Positions 9,252 to 19,767 of a stretch of 64,000 nt of DNA are shown in pieces; the first letter of the stretch is position 1, and every line of letters starts with the position of its first letter. The notes beneath the pieces were generated by a model. It made no database searches and had not been told where the DNA came from. It saw only the letters and a list, made by a program, of their open reading frames with translations. Where the stretch lies: IMG/VR virus record IMGVR_UViG_3300024239_000014, positions 62,001 to 126,000 of that record; one strand, given 5' to 3'. Position numbers and translations under genes: made by a program.

Positions 9252-10508
9252 TTAATCAACCCGGTAGGTGATCTCAACGCTGTCGATATCGATGACCCTT
9301 GCGTTAACAAACCATCTGGGTAACCCAGTGGCTTCATAGTCAACAATCACGCCGGTTTTCTCGTACCGGTAAGTATCGATAACCTTTCTCGGTTCGCGGT
9401 AGTGTTCCATCGCAACCACGTACTTGCCGTGCTCAGGAAACACCAGATACTCTGGCAATATCCCATGCGCACCCTGCACCATCCCAACGATGTGGTGATC
9501 TGCTAGATACCGACCGGGTAGTCCTGTGTGCTCCAGTGTTCTGTAAGAAATCTGAAGATTAGGCGCATCAAGCAGTACCAAGAAGCTTTGTGACAATTGC
9601 AGCATGGCACGAACAGTGTCGTCGCTGGTCAGTTCAGCATAACTACGTCGACTGTCAGTCGGGTCATCATCGATCGTGTCGATTGGTAACGAAGATAAGT
9701 CGATCAACGCATTGCTTTGGTAATACCGTTCTACCCACGGCAACCGGTTGATCTTCACCATCACTGTGTCTTCAGACACCTTTACCAGCGTGTCGTTCAT
9801 CACATGCAAATAGCCGCCTAACACCACCATTGGTGTTTTCCCTTCAAAGGGGGTTGGGAATTTGATGTAGACGTTATCTTTCATCTGGTGACGTGTCGTT
9901 GGCTTCAGAATCTGGTTTGCTGCGATACTGAAGGTTTCAAGCTTGCCGATGTCCTGAAAGTCCAGAATACCAACCTGGTTGCTTTTAGCCACCCGAACAC
10001 TCTTCATTCCATCCACAATGTACAATCCGTGAATAGACGGGATTGCACGGTGAATCAGTCCGTTCACGGTAACGAGACAGTAATCGTGAATATCGACTGG
10101 GTCGGTACCTTCGCGTGACATCAACACATCAGTTTGTTCATATTCCGACAATTCAGTATCGGGATGTACCGTGTGTTTGGTTGGCTTGAAGTGGTAGTTA
10201 GCGGCAAAGGCGTCACCGCAGCGCAACGATTTCTTGGTCAACACCGGCACGCCATCATGGTGCGGTAGAGCACCGGAACCATTGATCAATAACCAATTGG
10301 TGAATGAAACAGATTCATTGACCAGTGCGTCGCGGATATCTTCGAGATGAACCGTCACACGTGTCGGTAACGATACATGGAATAAAACGAACATCACATC
10401 GCGATAGAGTCGGCAGATTTCACTGCAGGTCATTGCTGCAACGTCGACCTCTACCCAAGGTGATCCGGGGTTAACAGATTTCCCCAATGCATATCGATAC
10501 TGATACAT
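9252..10508 (-). CDS. Putative virion structural protein
   Basis: 418-aa clean ORF divergent from the fibre cluster; function inferred from context. Confidence 0.6.
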   Translation of the reverse strand: MYQYRYALGKSVNPGSPWVEVDVAAMTCSEICRLYRDVMFVLFHVSLPTRVTVHLEDIRDALVNESVSFTNWLLINGSGALPHHDGVPVLTKKSLRCGDAFAANYHFKPTKHTVHPDTELSEYEQTDVLMSREGTDPVDIHDYCLVTVNGLIHRAIPSIHGLYIVDGMKSVRVAKSNQVGILDFQDIGKLETFSIAANQILKPTTRHQMKDNVYIKFPTPFEGKTPMVVLGGYLHVMNDTLVKVSEDTVMVKINRLPWVERYYQSNALIDLSSLPIDTIDDDPTDSRRSYAELTSDDTVRAMLQLSQSFLVLLDAPNLQISYRTLEHTGLPGRYLADHHIVGMVQGAHGILPEYLVFPEHGKYVVAMEHYREPRKVIDTYRYEKTGVIVDYEATGLPRWFVNARVIDIDSVEITYRVD

Positions 10509-10653
10509 GGCAGTTCCTCAAACTAAGGATAAAGGGTAGGGCGGTTTATCGTATGGTACCTACCCTCTGACGGTAACATTCAGCCATAGATTGAGAGGGT
10601 GAAATACGCTTTTTATTCCCCCATTCAGTCCGATGGTCCACACGGAGTCGCCC

Positions 10654-12576
10654 ATGATCGTAAAGAATTTTGCATGGCCCCTTGACCCTCACGCGTCAAG
10701 CGTAGACAACTACATCAAGGGCGAACGTCATGTTATCACTGCTGCCAACGGCAGCTCGTACCGCGTTATCATGCCTCGCGGTGCCCCTTTCTTTGTTAAA
10801 GACCTGAAGGTCACCTTTGTTCCCATGAATCGCGTTCTTCAAGAGAACGTCGATTATGCACTTGGTTACCAGTTTGAATTGATTAGTCGCCGTACCTACA
10901 TGCCGGTGTTCTGCGGTATTGTGATCCTCGACCACACCCTTTCCGGTACCTTTGAAATCGAGTACCGCACCCTAGGTGGTGAATTTACTCTGGATCAGCA
11001 GTCACTGGCCACGCTGCTGTCCAATGCCATTACCGATCCGCGCACCACCAGCTGGGAAGCGTTGACCGAAGTGCCGTGGTACTTCACGCCTATTGAGCAC
11101 CGCTTTGACGTGCAGGATATGGTCGGGATGTCCGGCGTGGTGGCTGCGGTTGACCGTATTTCTGCTGCACTGGCCGCACGTGAAACCGAAAATGAACTCT
11201 TGATTGAGCACATTCAGGAAACCAATAATCCGCACGGGACGGATAAAGAGCAGATTGGCTTGGGTCTTGTCCCGAACTGTCGCATGGCCACCGAGGCCGA
11301 AGCGTTGGCCATGCTTCGTACAGACCTCTTCTTGTCTCCGGCACACATGGCGATCGTACTGGCCCGGTTGAACAGCGAGACAGTGGCTGGTCATGCGGCC
11401 GACCGCAATAACCCACACTTCGTGACCAAGGCGCAGGTGGGTCTGCCGAATGTCGATAACTTCCCGACAGCAAACGACACCCAAGCGATCGACGTCAATA
11501 ATGACAACACTTTCGTGACACCACGTAAAGTGTGGCTCATGATTTCGACACGGGTGTTGGCGGCCATCAACGGTCACATCGCTGCTACCGGGAACGTCCA
11601 CGGATTGAATAAAGGCGATATCGGTTTGGACAAGGTGTCCAACATCGGTAAGGCCTCAGCTGTGGAGCTGGATAACCCGGCCAACCTGGATACTCATTAT
11701 CCGACCATTGCAGGTGTGGTGCGCATCTTTAACCGCATCTTCGGCGATGCCTTTACGTCTCACGCAGGCGCCAGTAACCCGCACAGGACAAGTAAAGGAG
11801 ACATCGGTCTCGGCGAAGTCCCGAACTACGCGGTTGCCGGTGCGGCAGAAGCGTTGTCCAACAGCGGTTCTCACTTTTCGACACCTCTGACAACTTACCT
11901 CCAGATCCAAGCGTTTGGCGGCGGCGTCGCTGAGGTCGAGAATAAGGTTGACGTTACCGGTACCTTTACGACCGATGACTTGAACAAGTACCTGCGCATT
12001 GCTCAGCCGTCGGATGGTACGTACTACGTTGGTCCCGATGCTACGGCTAACTGGCCAGACCATGCCACCTTGAACTTGCGTGCAGCTGGCCCTGGGATCT
12101 TGACCTTGGCCGGTAGTGGTGGGGTAACCCTCCATGCGCCAGCTGGTGGTAGCCTTCGTTTGGCGCCGGGTATGGCTGTATCGCTTAAACGCATCGCAGT
12201 CGATTCCTGGGATGTAATCGGCCAGACGATCAGTACTACGCCGGTGGGTACAGGTAATTCACGCATTGTCGTTAAGACACTCACTGACGTGGCTTACACG
12301 TTTGGTTTGGACGATGATGGGTCCTACCTGCGCCCAGATACCGACGTAGTATCTGAATACACCGTCCCGTCTCAAGCGGTTGTAGCTTGGGAGAATGATA
12401 CCGAAATCCATCTCCATAAGGCGGGTGTGAGTACGCTTATTCTAGCGGCTATGCCAGGAGTGACGCTCAATCCACCGGCTGATGGCACACTCCAGGTTGG
12501 ACCGTCGATGACGGTGGTTCTCAAACGTGTCGGTGTCAACATCTGGGATGTCGTCGGCCAGACCATCAGTCTGTGA
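10654..12576 (+). CDS. Tail fibre / baseplate-anchored fibre protein
   Basis: N-terminal WPLDP..ERH..APFF anchor domain, paralogous to the 29844 gene. Four NPH-x-x-K-x-x-[IV]GL repeats and two tandem ~95-aa C-terminal domains ending LKR-x-x-x-x-x-WDV-x-GQT. Confidence 0.75.
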   Translation: MIVKNFAWPLDPHASSVDNYIKGERHVITAANGSSYRVIMPRGAPFFVKDLKVTFVPMNRVLQENVDYALGYQFELISRRTYMPVFCGIVILDHTLSGTFEIEYRTLGGEFTLDQQSLATLLSNAITDPRTTSWEALTEVPWYFTPIEHRFDVQDMVGMSGVVAAVDRISAALAARETENELLIEHIQETNNPHGTDKEQIGLGLVPNCRMATEAEALAMLRTDLFLSPAHMAIVLARLNSETVAGHAADRNNPHFVTKAQVGLPNVDNFPTANDTQAIDVNNDNTFVTPRKVWLMISTRVLAAINGHIAATGNVHGLNKGDIGLDKVSNIGKASAVELDNPANLDTHYPTIAGVVRIFNRIFGDAFTSHAGASNPHRTSKGDIGLGEVPNYAVAGAAEALSNSGSHFSTPLTTYLQIQAFGGGVAEVENKVDVTGTFTTDDLNKYLRIAQPSDGTYYVGPDATANWPDHATLNLRAAGPGILTLAGSGGVTLHAPAGGSLRLAPGMAVSLKRIAVDSWDVIGQTISTTPVGTGNSRIVVKTLTDVAYTFGLDDDGSYLRPDTDVVSEYTVPSQAVVAWENDTEIHLHKAGVSTLILAAMPGVTLNPPADGTLQVGPSMTVVLKRVGVNIWDVVGQTISL

Positions 12577-12584
12577 GGTGAACC

Positions 12585-13055
12585 ATGATACCTGGAGTCA
12601 TTGCTTGGCGCGGTGGTAAGAAGGATACGAGCAGCTATGCGCTATCGTGGACTTACCCGGTCTTAGTGTCAGATGGTTTCGCCTCTCAAGTCGCGCCAGG
12701 TAACGGCTACGCCTTATCGTTCGGTAATGAAATACCTTCTTACCAGGTAGGGTTGGGGATCGCTCCTGGTGCCATACTGCTTGACGCAGAAGAAGTGGTA
12801 ATGAAAAGAACGACCGTCGATGACGGTGGTGGTTATGTATCGTCAATTGGTTTAGCTGCCACCGCCGTACTTAAAAACGTGCTGGTTAGCAGACATCTGC
12901 CAATGGACGACAATAGCCAGTGCTACTCGTCATCGATGAGCATTGTCGCTGGAGCCGTGCTAAAAGAAACGTTGGTTGGCTACACAGTCGACTACGAAGC
13001 CGGTACAGGTCTTATCGCCCAGCTCGGTTTTGCCGGCACGGCATCGCTTTATTAG
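12585..13055 (+). CDS. Tail-associated hypothetical protein
   Basis: 156 aa, begins MIPGVIA, GAGG SD, co-oriented in the fibre operon. Confidence 0.6.
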   Translation: MIPGVIAWRGGKKDTSSYALSWTYPVLVSDGFASQVAPGNGYALSFGNEIPSYQVGLGIAPGAILLDAEEVVMKRTTVDDGGGYVSSIGLAATAVLKNVLVSRHLPMDDNSQCYSSSMSIVAGAVLKETLVGYTVDYEAGTGLIAQLGFAGTASLY

Positions 13056-13065
13056 GAGACGAAGA

Positions 13066-13974
13066 ATGTTTACAGTAGACATGCGAATGCAGGGTATCGT
13101 CGGTGTCGGCAAAATGGTCAATGGCAAATACGTTCATGCCAATACGACCGAAAACATGATTGTTGATAGCGGTCTCGAGTTAATCGGTAACGTGGATGCC
13201 GACGTTGCCAGCAAATACTGTCTGGTCGGCAGCGATGGAACACCGACCAATGCTGCGATGACAACGCTCTTATCGCGAATCGGTACCGCCTCCGCTTACG
13301 CGTCGGGTTCGTCGGATGTTTTTGGCGGAACCCCGGGTGTTGATGCCTATGTGTCACTTATCCGAACTTACACCTTTGCTCTGGGTGCGGTTACTGGTAA
13401 CGTTGCCGAGATTGGGTTCTTTGATACGTCGGGGACGAGTAGAAAAATGTTCTCCCGTATGATTCCCAAGGACGCAGAACAAACCCCGGTCACGATCCCC
13501 ATTTCAAACGAAGAACAACTCGTCGTCACCTACGAACTACGCGCGTATCTGCCACCGGTTGTTGATACCACCATGACCATCGACCTCAAAGGAGTACCTA
13601 CCGTTATTCCGGTAAAAATCACCCCATTGACTGCAAACTCCACCGTCTGGTCGCCGGGTACAAATGTTGTGACCACGACAAACACTTACGTTCAAGACAG
13701 TTTGATTACGCCCGTTCCTGGTGTATCGTCGGGGTATCTCTTAGGTAACAGAGAATACGTCACTAATTGGAGCAACCCTGCCTATGTTCCAGGTAGCTAC
13801 GAACGGGTGAAGGCTTTGACGATCCCGATCAACCTCGCTGCTTGGCCGGGTGGTATTCAGTCGATGGTTATCCATTCTAAGTACTACATCGGTTTCTCGA
13901 TCCCGATCCCAAAACAAGCGGGCGACACTCTAACGATTCCCTTTAAGTGGTCGTGGGGGCGCTACGGCGAATAA
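13066..13974 (+). CDS. Tail-associated protein
   Basis: Start MFTVDM after AGGAG; beta-rich, ENMIVDSGL..YTFALGAVTGNVAEIG..LVVTYELR. Confidence 0.65.
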   Translation: MFTVDMRMQGIVGVGKMVNGKYVHANTTENMIVDSGLELIGNVDADVASKYCLVGSDGTPTNAAMTTLLSRIGTASAYASGSSDVFGGTPGVDAYVSLIRTYTFALGAVTGNVAEIGFFDTSGTSRKMFSRMIPKDAEQTPVTIPISNEEQLVVTYELRAYLPPVVDTTMTIDLKGVPTVIPVKITPLTANSTVWSPGTNVVTTTNTYVQDSLITPVPGVSSGYLLGNREYVTNWSNPAYVPGSYERVKALTIPINLAAWPGGIQSMVIHSKYYIGFSIPIPKQAGDTLTIPFKWSWGRYGE

Positions 13975-13987
13975 CACATGGTCTAAT

Positions 13988-14019
13988 AGGGCGGGGCAGA
14001 AGCCCCGCCCTTTTATCCG
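13988..14019 (+). terminator. Hairpin terminator
   Basis: AGGGCGGGGC-AGAA-GCCCCGCCCT then TTTATCCG. Confidence 0.7.
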
Positions 14020-14028
14020 GAGGTTGTA

Positions 14029-16920
14029 ATGATACCGAGTAACAGCTGGTCAAACGCACCATACCCGACAAAGGTAAAGCGCTATCAAACGAGTACGTTT
14101 GCCACCCAACAAACAAGTAGTTCACTTGGACCTGTGGCGGTCGGCGATATTAGTAAAGGTCTTCAACATCGCCAATGGTTCTGCAAGTGGGATGAAACTA
14201 CAGGCAACGTTCTTCTTGACGGTAGCACGGTGTTGTTCAATGCACCTAACCTCGAAACATTGAGTCTGGCATTTGATCAAGTCGGTCGGGCTGTGGTGGC
14301 CTACATGGCCAATAATATTGTTAGTATTTGGCATTACGATGCCAATGCTGACGGTTTCGTGTCGACACAGCTCTGTTTCGGCGACCAGCCGTTGTTGGCC
14401 ATGGACCTGCACGAACAGATCTATGTTGCCATGTCCGACGTACTTCTTTTCTACCGGCGCGGCGAGTTCATCTATTACCGCACTCAGCGTGATAAATACC
14501 GAATTGAACGAAAACCGCCCGTGAATAACGACGGTTGGATTTCTTTGCTTGGAATCGGGATGGGCGATAATCGCCGGTTTGTTGTCAAATATCGCAGTAA
14601 CCATCCGTTGGCCGCCGAACCTGTTTCGCTGTCGGTTGTGCGTGAATTTAATGCGCACGTTGTTCGTGATCCGCATCTTGACTTTGTAAAAGCAACACAG
14701 TCGGAATTAGATCCAGCCACCGGCTGGAGCACGGTTAACGTTGCAGGCACAGCAAACGTTACAACGCTTGACCACGAACTTCAGGTTACGGCCAGTACGA
14801 GCGCGTACCGTATTCTACATCACGCAACCCCTATCGGCGTTGTCCCCAATATTTTTGTTGAGGGTATTTGCACCGATATCGGAAATGGTTACGCTGGCGT
14901 CGGCGTGTACAACACAGCCGGTGGCCGCCACATTTCCGCGGTCTTTAACAGTAACACAAACGAAGTATACATCGCATCCGGCTCAGGCGGTGTTGATGTC
15001 GCCATTTCAGCAAGAGTTGCGCTTACCGTCCAATCGGGGGACCGCATTGGTCTTGGTTTCGTAGCTGGTGTTTACCACCTGTGGTACTATTCACCAACCA
15101 CCACTACCGGATGGTTCAAGGTTCTGGAGTTTAACGCAGCTTCCACAATTTACGACCTAGCCACCGCCGACCTTTCGACCTACAGACCTTCAATCGTGGT
15201 TAACGCTCTTGCAGCCAGCACTTGGGGTGTATCTGAATTTGTGGCTTCTCGCTTCGGTTTTACCGGAGTGAAGGATTTGACGCTGGTTACCAAATCAGAT
15301 GGTCAGCCGTACCTTTTCGAAGGCAAATATTATTTTGCCACGACACTGGAAGTACCAGGTAATCGTACCCAGTTTGCAATCTGTACGGTTGACGTCGATA
15401 CCGGAACATTGCGGATAAAGTCACTGTTTCAGTTCAACCGTGGTGGTCCGTCGCCGGATGCTTACGGGTCGGTGTGTTTGGTTAACGGAGTGTGGAACTT
15501 CTTTACTATACAGTCATCCGGCGCTAACGCCGGTCAACCGCAGTTGTCGCTATTTTACGGCGATCTTTCAGCGGGTGCCCATCTGCTTGAGAGACAAAAT
15601 CTTGTTTTGCCACAAACTGCAGGCAAACAGGTGTTTTCAGTTGCGGCTGTTAGACCAGGTCAGTCTGTTTGGACCATTCAATACAGTACTTCAGCCACTG
15701 AAAGGTTTGGTTCGGATACTGTTCTTCATTTGGCTTCAACGTCTAACTTCGTTACTTTTAATTCGGTGTACAATGGGACGGCCGAGCCAGGTGTAGGTGG
15801 TGGGAAGTTTTCGTACTTAAACAACCGCCTTCTGATTCTTGCAGGTGATGATCAAGGTAACCTGGTCGTTAAGGATATCTTCGGTTTAACGCGCGAAGTA
15901 GTGAATGGCTTCATCGCTCCAGTTGGTGGTGTGTCAGTTGGTGCCAACTTGGTCCAGTACGGATCATTTATTTACCTGGTGTCGACATCGCCTGCCGATG
16001 GCTTGCGGATTCACGACAACATCCCAGCTGAATTTGACGACCGTTATCGGTTTGTTGTTGGTTGCGATGATCCTGAATTTGCACGCTTTTTCGACAGTGC
16101 ACTCGGGACGCCGGCGACCACGGACTTGTCCTTTAACCAGAAACCAACGGTATCTGCCATTACGTCAGATGGGCAACGTCTAGCGGTTTATGACTCCAGA
16201 ATCATTCTGTACAAAATTGTTTTGGGGGTCGGTGAAACATCACCGCTGGTGATTGTCGCTGACCATGTCACCGCGTTGGCGTTTAGCCAAGATGGTCGGT
16301 TCTTGTATATTGGGCGAAGTGTTGCACCGTACATCAGGGTGTATGATGTAATCAGAGAAATCGAAGTACCTGCACCCATTGTGTCGGCAGCAGTAACATC
16401 ATTCGATATCTCGTCTACGGGGTTGATTCTTGCAGTAGGGATTAATTCGGTAGCAGGTGTCGCGCTGTTTTCAACGGCCGACTTGTCAGTAATTTCTTTC
16501 CCACTGCATGGGGCGGCTGGAACATTCGTTAAGTTTGTTCTTGATGATCAACTCCTGGTCGTTGGCGATGGCATTCTGTCTACGGTATACCGAACTGCTG
16601 ACTGGACTACTGTTAAGAAAGCAGTACTTCCACCAGGGCCGGTGACCGCCATCACTGAGACTCCTGACCAAGAGTACCTCATTGTAGCAACCGATACAGA
16701 AACCAAAGCGATCCGCATGCTGGATTGGTCTGTCGATACTACCATGCCTTCGTTTTCTGGAGTGACTTCTGCTCAACTGGTTAACAGTGGCCGTTGGTTA
16801 TTCCTGACAGGCTCTTTTGCTGAAGGGTATATTGTACTCAACACGTCTAATTTCGGTGTCGAACAAAGCGGGTCTGCTATCACCGGTGTGACAACGGGCT
16901 TTGCTTATCGCATTGAATAA
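14029..16920 (+). CDS. Multidomain tail protein with C-terminal WD40-like beta-propeller
   Basis: 963 aa; blade-like repeats VTALAFSQDGRFLYIG, VTSFDISSTGLILAVG, VTAITETPDQEYLIVA. Confidence 0.65.
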   Translation: MIPSNSWSNAPYPTKVKRYQTSTFATQQTSSSLGPVAVGDISKGLQHRQWFCKWDETTGNVLLDGSTVLFNAPNLETLSLAFDQVGRAVVAYMANNIVSIWHYDANADGFVSTQLCFGDQPLLAMDLHEQIYVAMSDVLLFYRRGEFIYYRTQRDKYRIERKPPVNNDGWISLLGIGMGDNRRFVVKYRSNHPLAAEPVSLSVVREFNAHVVRDPHLDFVKATQSELDPATGWSTVNVAGTANVTTLDHELQVTASTSAYRILHHATPIGVVPNIFVEGICTDIGNGYAGVGVYNTAGGRHISAVFNSNTNEVYIASGSGGVDVAISARVALTVQSGDRIGLGFVAGVYHLWYYSPTTTTGWFKVLEFNAASTIYDLATADLSTYRPSIVVNALAASTWGVSEFVASRFGFTGVKDLTLVTKSDGQPYLFEGKYYFATTLEVPGNRTQFAICTVDVDTGTLRIKSLFQFNRGGPSPDAYGSVCLVNGVWNFFTIQSSGANAGQPQLSLFYGDLSAGAHLLERQNLVLPQTAGKQVFSVAAVRPGQSVWTIQYSTSATERFGSDTVLHLASTSNFVTFNSVYNGTAEPGVGGGKFSYLNNRLLILAGDDQGNLVVKDIFGLTREVVNGFIAPVGGVSVGANLVQYGSFIYLVSTSPADGLRIHDNIPAEFDDRYRFVVGCDDPEFARFFDSALGTPATTDLSFNQKPTVSAITSDGQRLAVYDSRIILYKIVLGVGETSPLVIVADHVTALAFSQDGRFLYIGRSVAPYIRVYDVIREIEVPAPIVSAAVTSFDISSTGLILAVGINSVAGVALFSTADLSVISFPLHGAAGTFVKFVLDDQLLVVGDGILSTVYRTADWTTVKKAVLPPGPVTAITETPDQEYLIVATDTETKAIRMLDWSVDTTMPSFSGVTSAQLVNSGRWLFLTGSFAEGYIVLNTSNFGVEQSGSAITGVTTGFAYRIE

Positions 16921-16929
16921 GGAGTTTTC

Positions 16930-18690
16930 ATGATCATGGGAATTTGGGCAGGTATTCCTAGCCCATACGCTATCCCCGAAGTTGGTTTCTGGCATCAGAA
17001 TAACTTCGTCCACGTGCACGATCCGGACGCACGGACGACCGCGTGGACGGCGCCGACGGTTCTGTATTCGTCCGAAGGCGGTTGGGATATATTACAGGTT
17101 ACCGGAACTAAGTTCGCCGGCCTAAGGCCCACCGCCATCGAGTTTGACGTATCATTCAGTAACCCCACCTCCACGACCGAGTTGGGCATTATGATCTACG
17201 ATTCTACCGTGGTCGACATCTATGGCGTGGCAACTGCCGGTAAGTATATCTACAGCCCAGGTACCGTGAGGATACCGATAGTTCTTAATGGCGATATCGA
17301 GCACATCGGGTTGACTCAGAACATGGAATGGTTCCCGTTCTCGATCACGGATATGCGCCTGATCTTCGAACCGCCTATCACCTGGTACGATGTCCCACTG
17401 GGCGGTGTTGACAACGCCTTTATTGCTGGCCAGTTCAACAACGACAGCATTAATCTACCCGGTACCATTACTGGGGCTACGAAGATTCGCCTAGTAGGTA
17501 CCTGGCAAGGCACATATTCGAACGGGGACTTAACCATCCGCGGTTACAGCGGGGAAGGAAATCACGACCTGTCCATGCGGTATCAAGAAACTTTCGGTAC
17601 CGAGAACTGGTCAGGCAGTATTGACGTCATCATCCCACTGCAACCTGAACTTGGTGTGGTTGATGGTCAGACTGGGCTGACAGGTTTCTTCCTTGGCGGT
17701 ACTGATATTGGATACCTAGAAATCTTCGATGGCGTTGGCACCGGGATTACGGGAATTAACATTAAACTCCAGATTGACGTACCATTCACTGAACCAACAG
17801 GTGGCGGCGGTGGCGGTCCTGGTCCAAGTGTTAACCTCTGGAGCACCACTAACTTTACAGTCACCGGGACGAACACTGTCACCAACGAATCATTCGCCTT
17901 CAATACTTCAGACGACCAATGGAGTACCGCAACGACGTCTAAACACCGGTTTTCGTGTACGGCGACACCCAAGGATGAAAACCTCTACCTCAGAGACAAA
18001 CAGCCGGATTGGATTGATATCGAAGTGGCTAACTTCGAGAAGCTACCCGGGTATGAGTCTGACCCAACTGCCTTTGGTCAGTTTGTGGTAGTCGGTGTGG
18101 ATAACCAAATCATCGGTGAAGTCAACATTACCGGTAACGGCGTATTCCGTGTGTCGCCCGACTTTGTCACCTTCAGTAACATGGGTATTGAGTTCTTCGT
18201 CGTCGACACGACAGGTCTCTTGCACCTGTATCTGGATCTGTGGGATTACTCACGACCGCCGAAAGTCAAGTTCGACATCGTCGCTATGCAAATTGAAGGG
18301 GTGGCTGAAAACCCAATCTTCTGGCACCAGGATAACTTCTCGTCCAACGCCGGTAGCTGGACGAGTCCGACAACCCTTGAACTACCGTTCCCTGATACCG
18401 CGAGCTTTAAGGCAACGGTCATCAGCACAGTATTCCAAGGCCTCCGTCCAGAATACATTTACCTCGACATCGACCGTAACGGCGAATCCGATGAACTTGA
18501 AATCCGTGTCATGGAAGTAGGTAAGAACTATCCGGATGTGATAGGGCTTAACTATTCTTGGGGTAGCGGAGTCGTTGAAATCTACATCGATGGTCAGGTA
18601 GACGACATCGGCTCGATTGGGTTCTTCCAGAACCAAGGGGTGTCTAATTCCTACGTCATTAAACGGATGTGGTTCGCCTTTCCGCTTTAA
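16930..18690 (+). CDS. Repeat-domain virion/adhesin protein
   Basis: 586 aa; first and last ~120-aa domains both begin FWHQ-x-NF..WT-x-PT-x-L..GLRP; central Gly6 linker. Confidence 0.6.
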   Translation: MIMGIWAGIPSPYAIPEVGFWHQNNFVHVHDPDARTTAWTAPTVLYSSEGGWDILQVTGTKFAGLRPTAIEFDVSFSNPTSTTELGIMIYDSTVVDIYGVATAGKYIYSPGTVRIPIVLNGDIEHIGLTQNMEWFPFSITDMRLIFEPPITWYDVPLGGVDNAFIAGQFNNDSINLPGTITGATKIRLVGTWQGTYSNGDLTIRGYSGEGNHDLSMRYQETFGTENWSGSIDVIIPLQPELGVVDGQTGLTGFFLGGTDIGYLEIFDGVGTGITGINIKLQIDVPFTEPTGGGGGGPGPSVNLWSTTNFTVTGTNTVTNESFAFNTSDDQWSTATTSKHRFSCTATPKDENLYLRDKQPDWIDIEVANFEKLPGYESDPTAFGQFVVVGVDNQIIGEVNITGNGVFRVSPDFVTFSNMGIEFFVVDTTGLLHLYLDLWDYSRPPKVKFDIVAMQIEGVAENPIFWHQDNFSSNAGSWTSPTTLELPFPDTASFKATVISTVFQGLRPEYIYLDIDRNGESDELEIRVMEVGKNYPDVIGLNYSWGSGVVEIYIDGQVDDIGSIGFFQNQGVSNSYVIKRMWFAFPL

Positions 18691-18705
18691 CGTTGCAGCA
18701 TAGGT

Positions 18706-18726
18706 GGCGGGAGGAAACCTCCCGCC
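18706..18726 (+). terminator. Hairpin terminator
   Basis: GGCGGGAGG-AAA-CCTCCCGCC-TTTA, preceded by GCATA. Confidence 0.7.
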
Positions 18727-18744
18727 TTTACTTAAGGAACCGCT

Positions 18745-19158
18745 ATGTTCAATCTTGCAAGTCTCAAGGTCTGGGGCGTTGTCGGTCTTGTCTTTGTCGC
18801 AATGGCAGGGTTTGGTGTTTATCAGTATCAGCAGATTGCGCTGCTAAAGAGCCAAGCAGAAACCCATGCTCAGGTCCTTGAGACCAAGGCACAGGAAATG
18901 AAGAATGTGCAGGACCAACTCCGAGGTGCTCAAGAGGCATACCGGACGGCCATCGCTGAAAAGCACGCGCTGGTGAGCGACCTGTACGATAACCGATTGC
19001 GGCTGGAGCAACGCACCAAGGAACTCCAGACCCTGCAAACCCAACACAAAACCAAAGTGGACGTTGTCCGTAGGAGTACCGATGCAAAAGGTAATCTTGA
19101 TGCTTGTTTGCCTGCTGACGTGCTCAGCTTGTATCCCAACGCCACCCCCTGCCACTGA
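18745..19158 (+). CDS. i-spanin (Rz-like)
   Basis: N-terminal TM VWGVVGLVFVAMAGFGVY, coiled coil, C-terminal ACLPADVL. Confidence 0.8.
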   Translation: MFNLASLKVWGVVGLVFVAMAGFGVYQYQQIALLKSQAETHAQVLETKAQEMKNVQDQLRGAQEAYRTAIAEKHALVSDLYDNRLRLEQRTKELQTLQTQHKTKVDVVRRSTDAKGNLDACLPADVLSLYPNATPCH

Positions 19159-19384
19159 GGTTATCTACAAAGACGTTATCGTCTACGTAGGTCCAGACCC
19201 TCTGTATTTCCAACCCACGTTTGCTCCGACCTTTACAGGCAATAGCTGTCGCAACTACATCGAATACGGTCTCGAACTCGAGCTCGCTCTCGGTAGCTGC
19301 AACCTCGATAAAGCCATGATTCAGGAATGGGCAGACAAACACCTGACCCCGATTCAATACAACAACCCCATGAAGGAGGAGTGA
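19082..19384 (+). CDS. o-spanin (Rz1-like lipoprotein)
   Basis: TAGGAG SD inside the i-spanin gene; MQKVILMLVCLLTCSAC lipobox, Pro-rich IPTPPP, LGSCNLDKAMI; overlaps the i-spanin 3' end by 77 nt. Confidence 0.8.
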   Translation: MQKVILMLVCLLTCSACIPTPPPATEVIYKDVIVYVGPDPLYFQPTFAPTFTGNSCRNYIEYGLELELALGSCNLDKAMIQEWADKHLTPIQYNNPMKEE

Positions 19385-19734
19385 TGGAAGTTCTGTTAAT
19401 CGTCCCGGCAATCCTAGCGCTGGCTGGGTTGCCTTGGTTTCTCGTTTGCCTGCTGCTGTGTTTCATCTTCAAGCCAGGCACCAATATCTGGCTGTACTGT
19501 TACAATGTCTGCATCAGTTATGATCAATGGGTGAATTCTGCTCTAGGTGGCGATCACGACCAGACGATTTCGGCACGTGCTGGTATCGCCAGGAACGAAG
19601 GATCGAAGTGGGGTACTCGCTTTGCTAACTTCATTGATTGGCTCTTTAGCCCCCTGGAAAAGAACCATTGCGAGAAGGCCATCCTTTTCGATCAAAAGAG
19701 ACCTAAAAGTTATGAGACCGTGAGATGGGATTAA
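19384..19734 (+). CDS. Membrane-anchored phage protein in lysis cassette
   Basis: Start ATG overlaps the o-spanin stop; hydrophobic N-terminus, then DQWVNSALGGDHDQTISARAG. Confidence 0.7.
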   Translation: MEVLLIVPAILALAGLPWFLVCLLLCFIFKPGTNIWLYCYNVCISYDQWVNSALGGDHDQTISARAGIARNEGSKWGTRFANFIDWLFSPLEKNHCEKAILFDQKRPKSYETVRWD

Positions 19735-19767
19735 CCCGTCTCATTCAACCACACCGCAGGAGTCGTT

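Noticed and set aside
10509-10653. Divergent late promoters in this gap (and at 61365-61546)
   Set aside because: TATG 4-mers are present but too short to call without TSS data.
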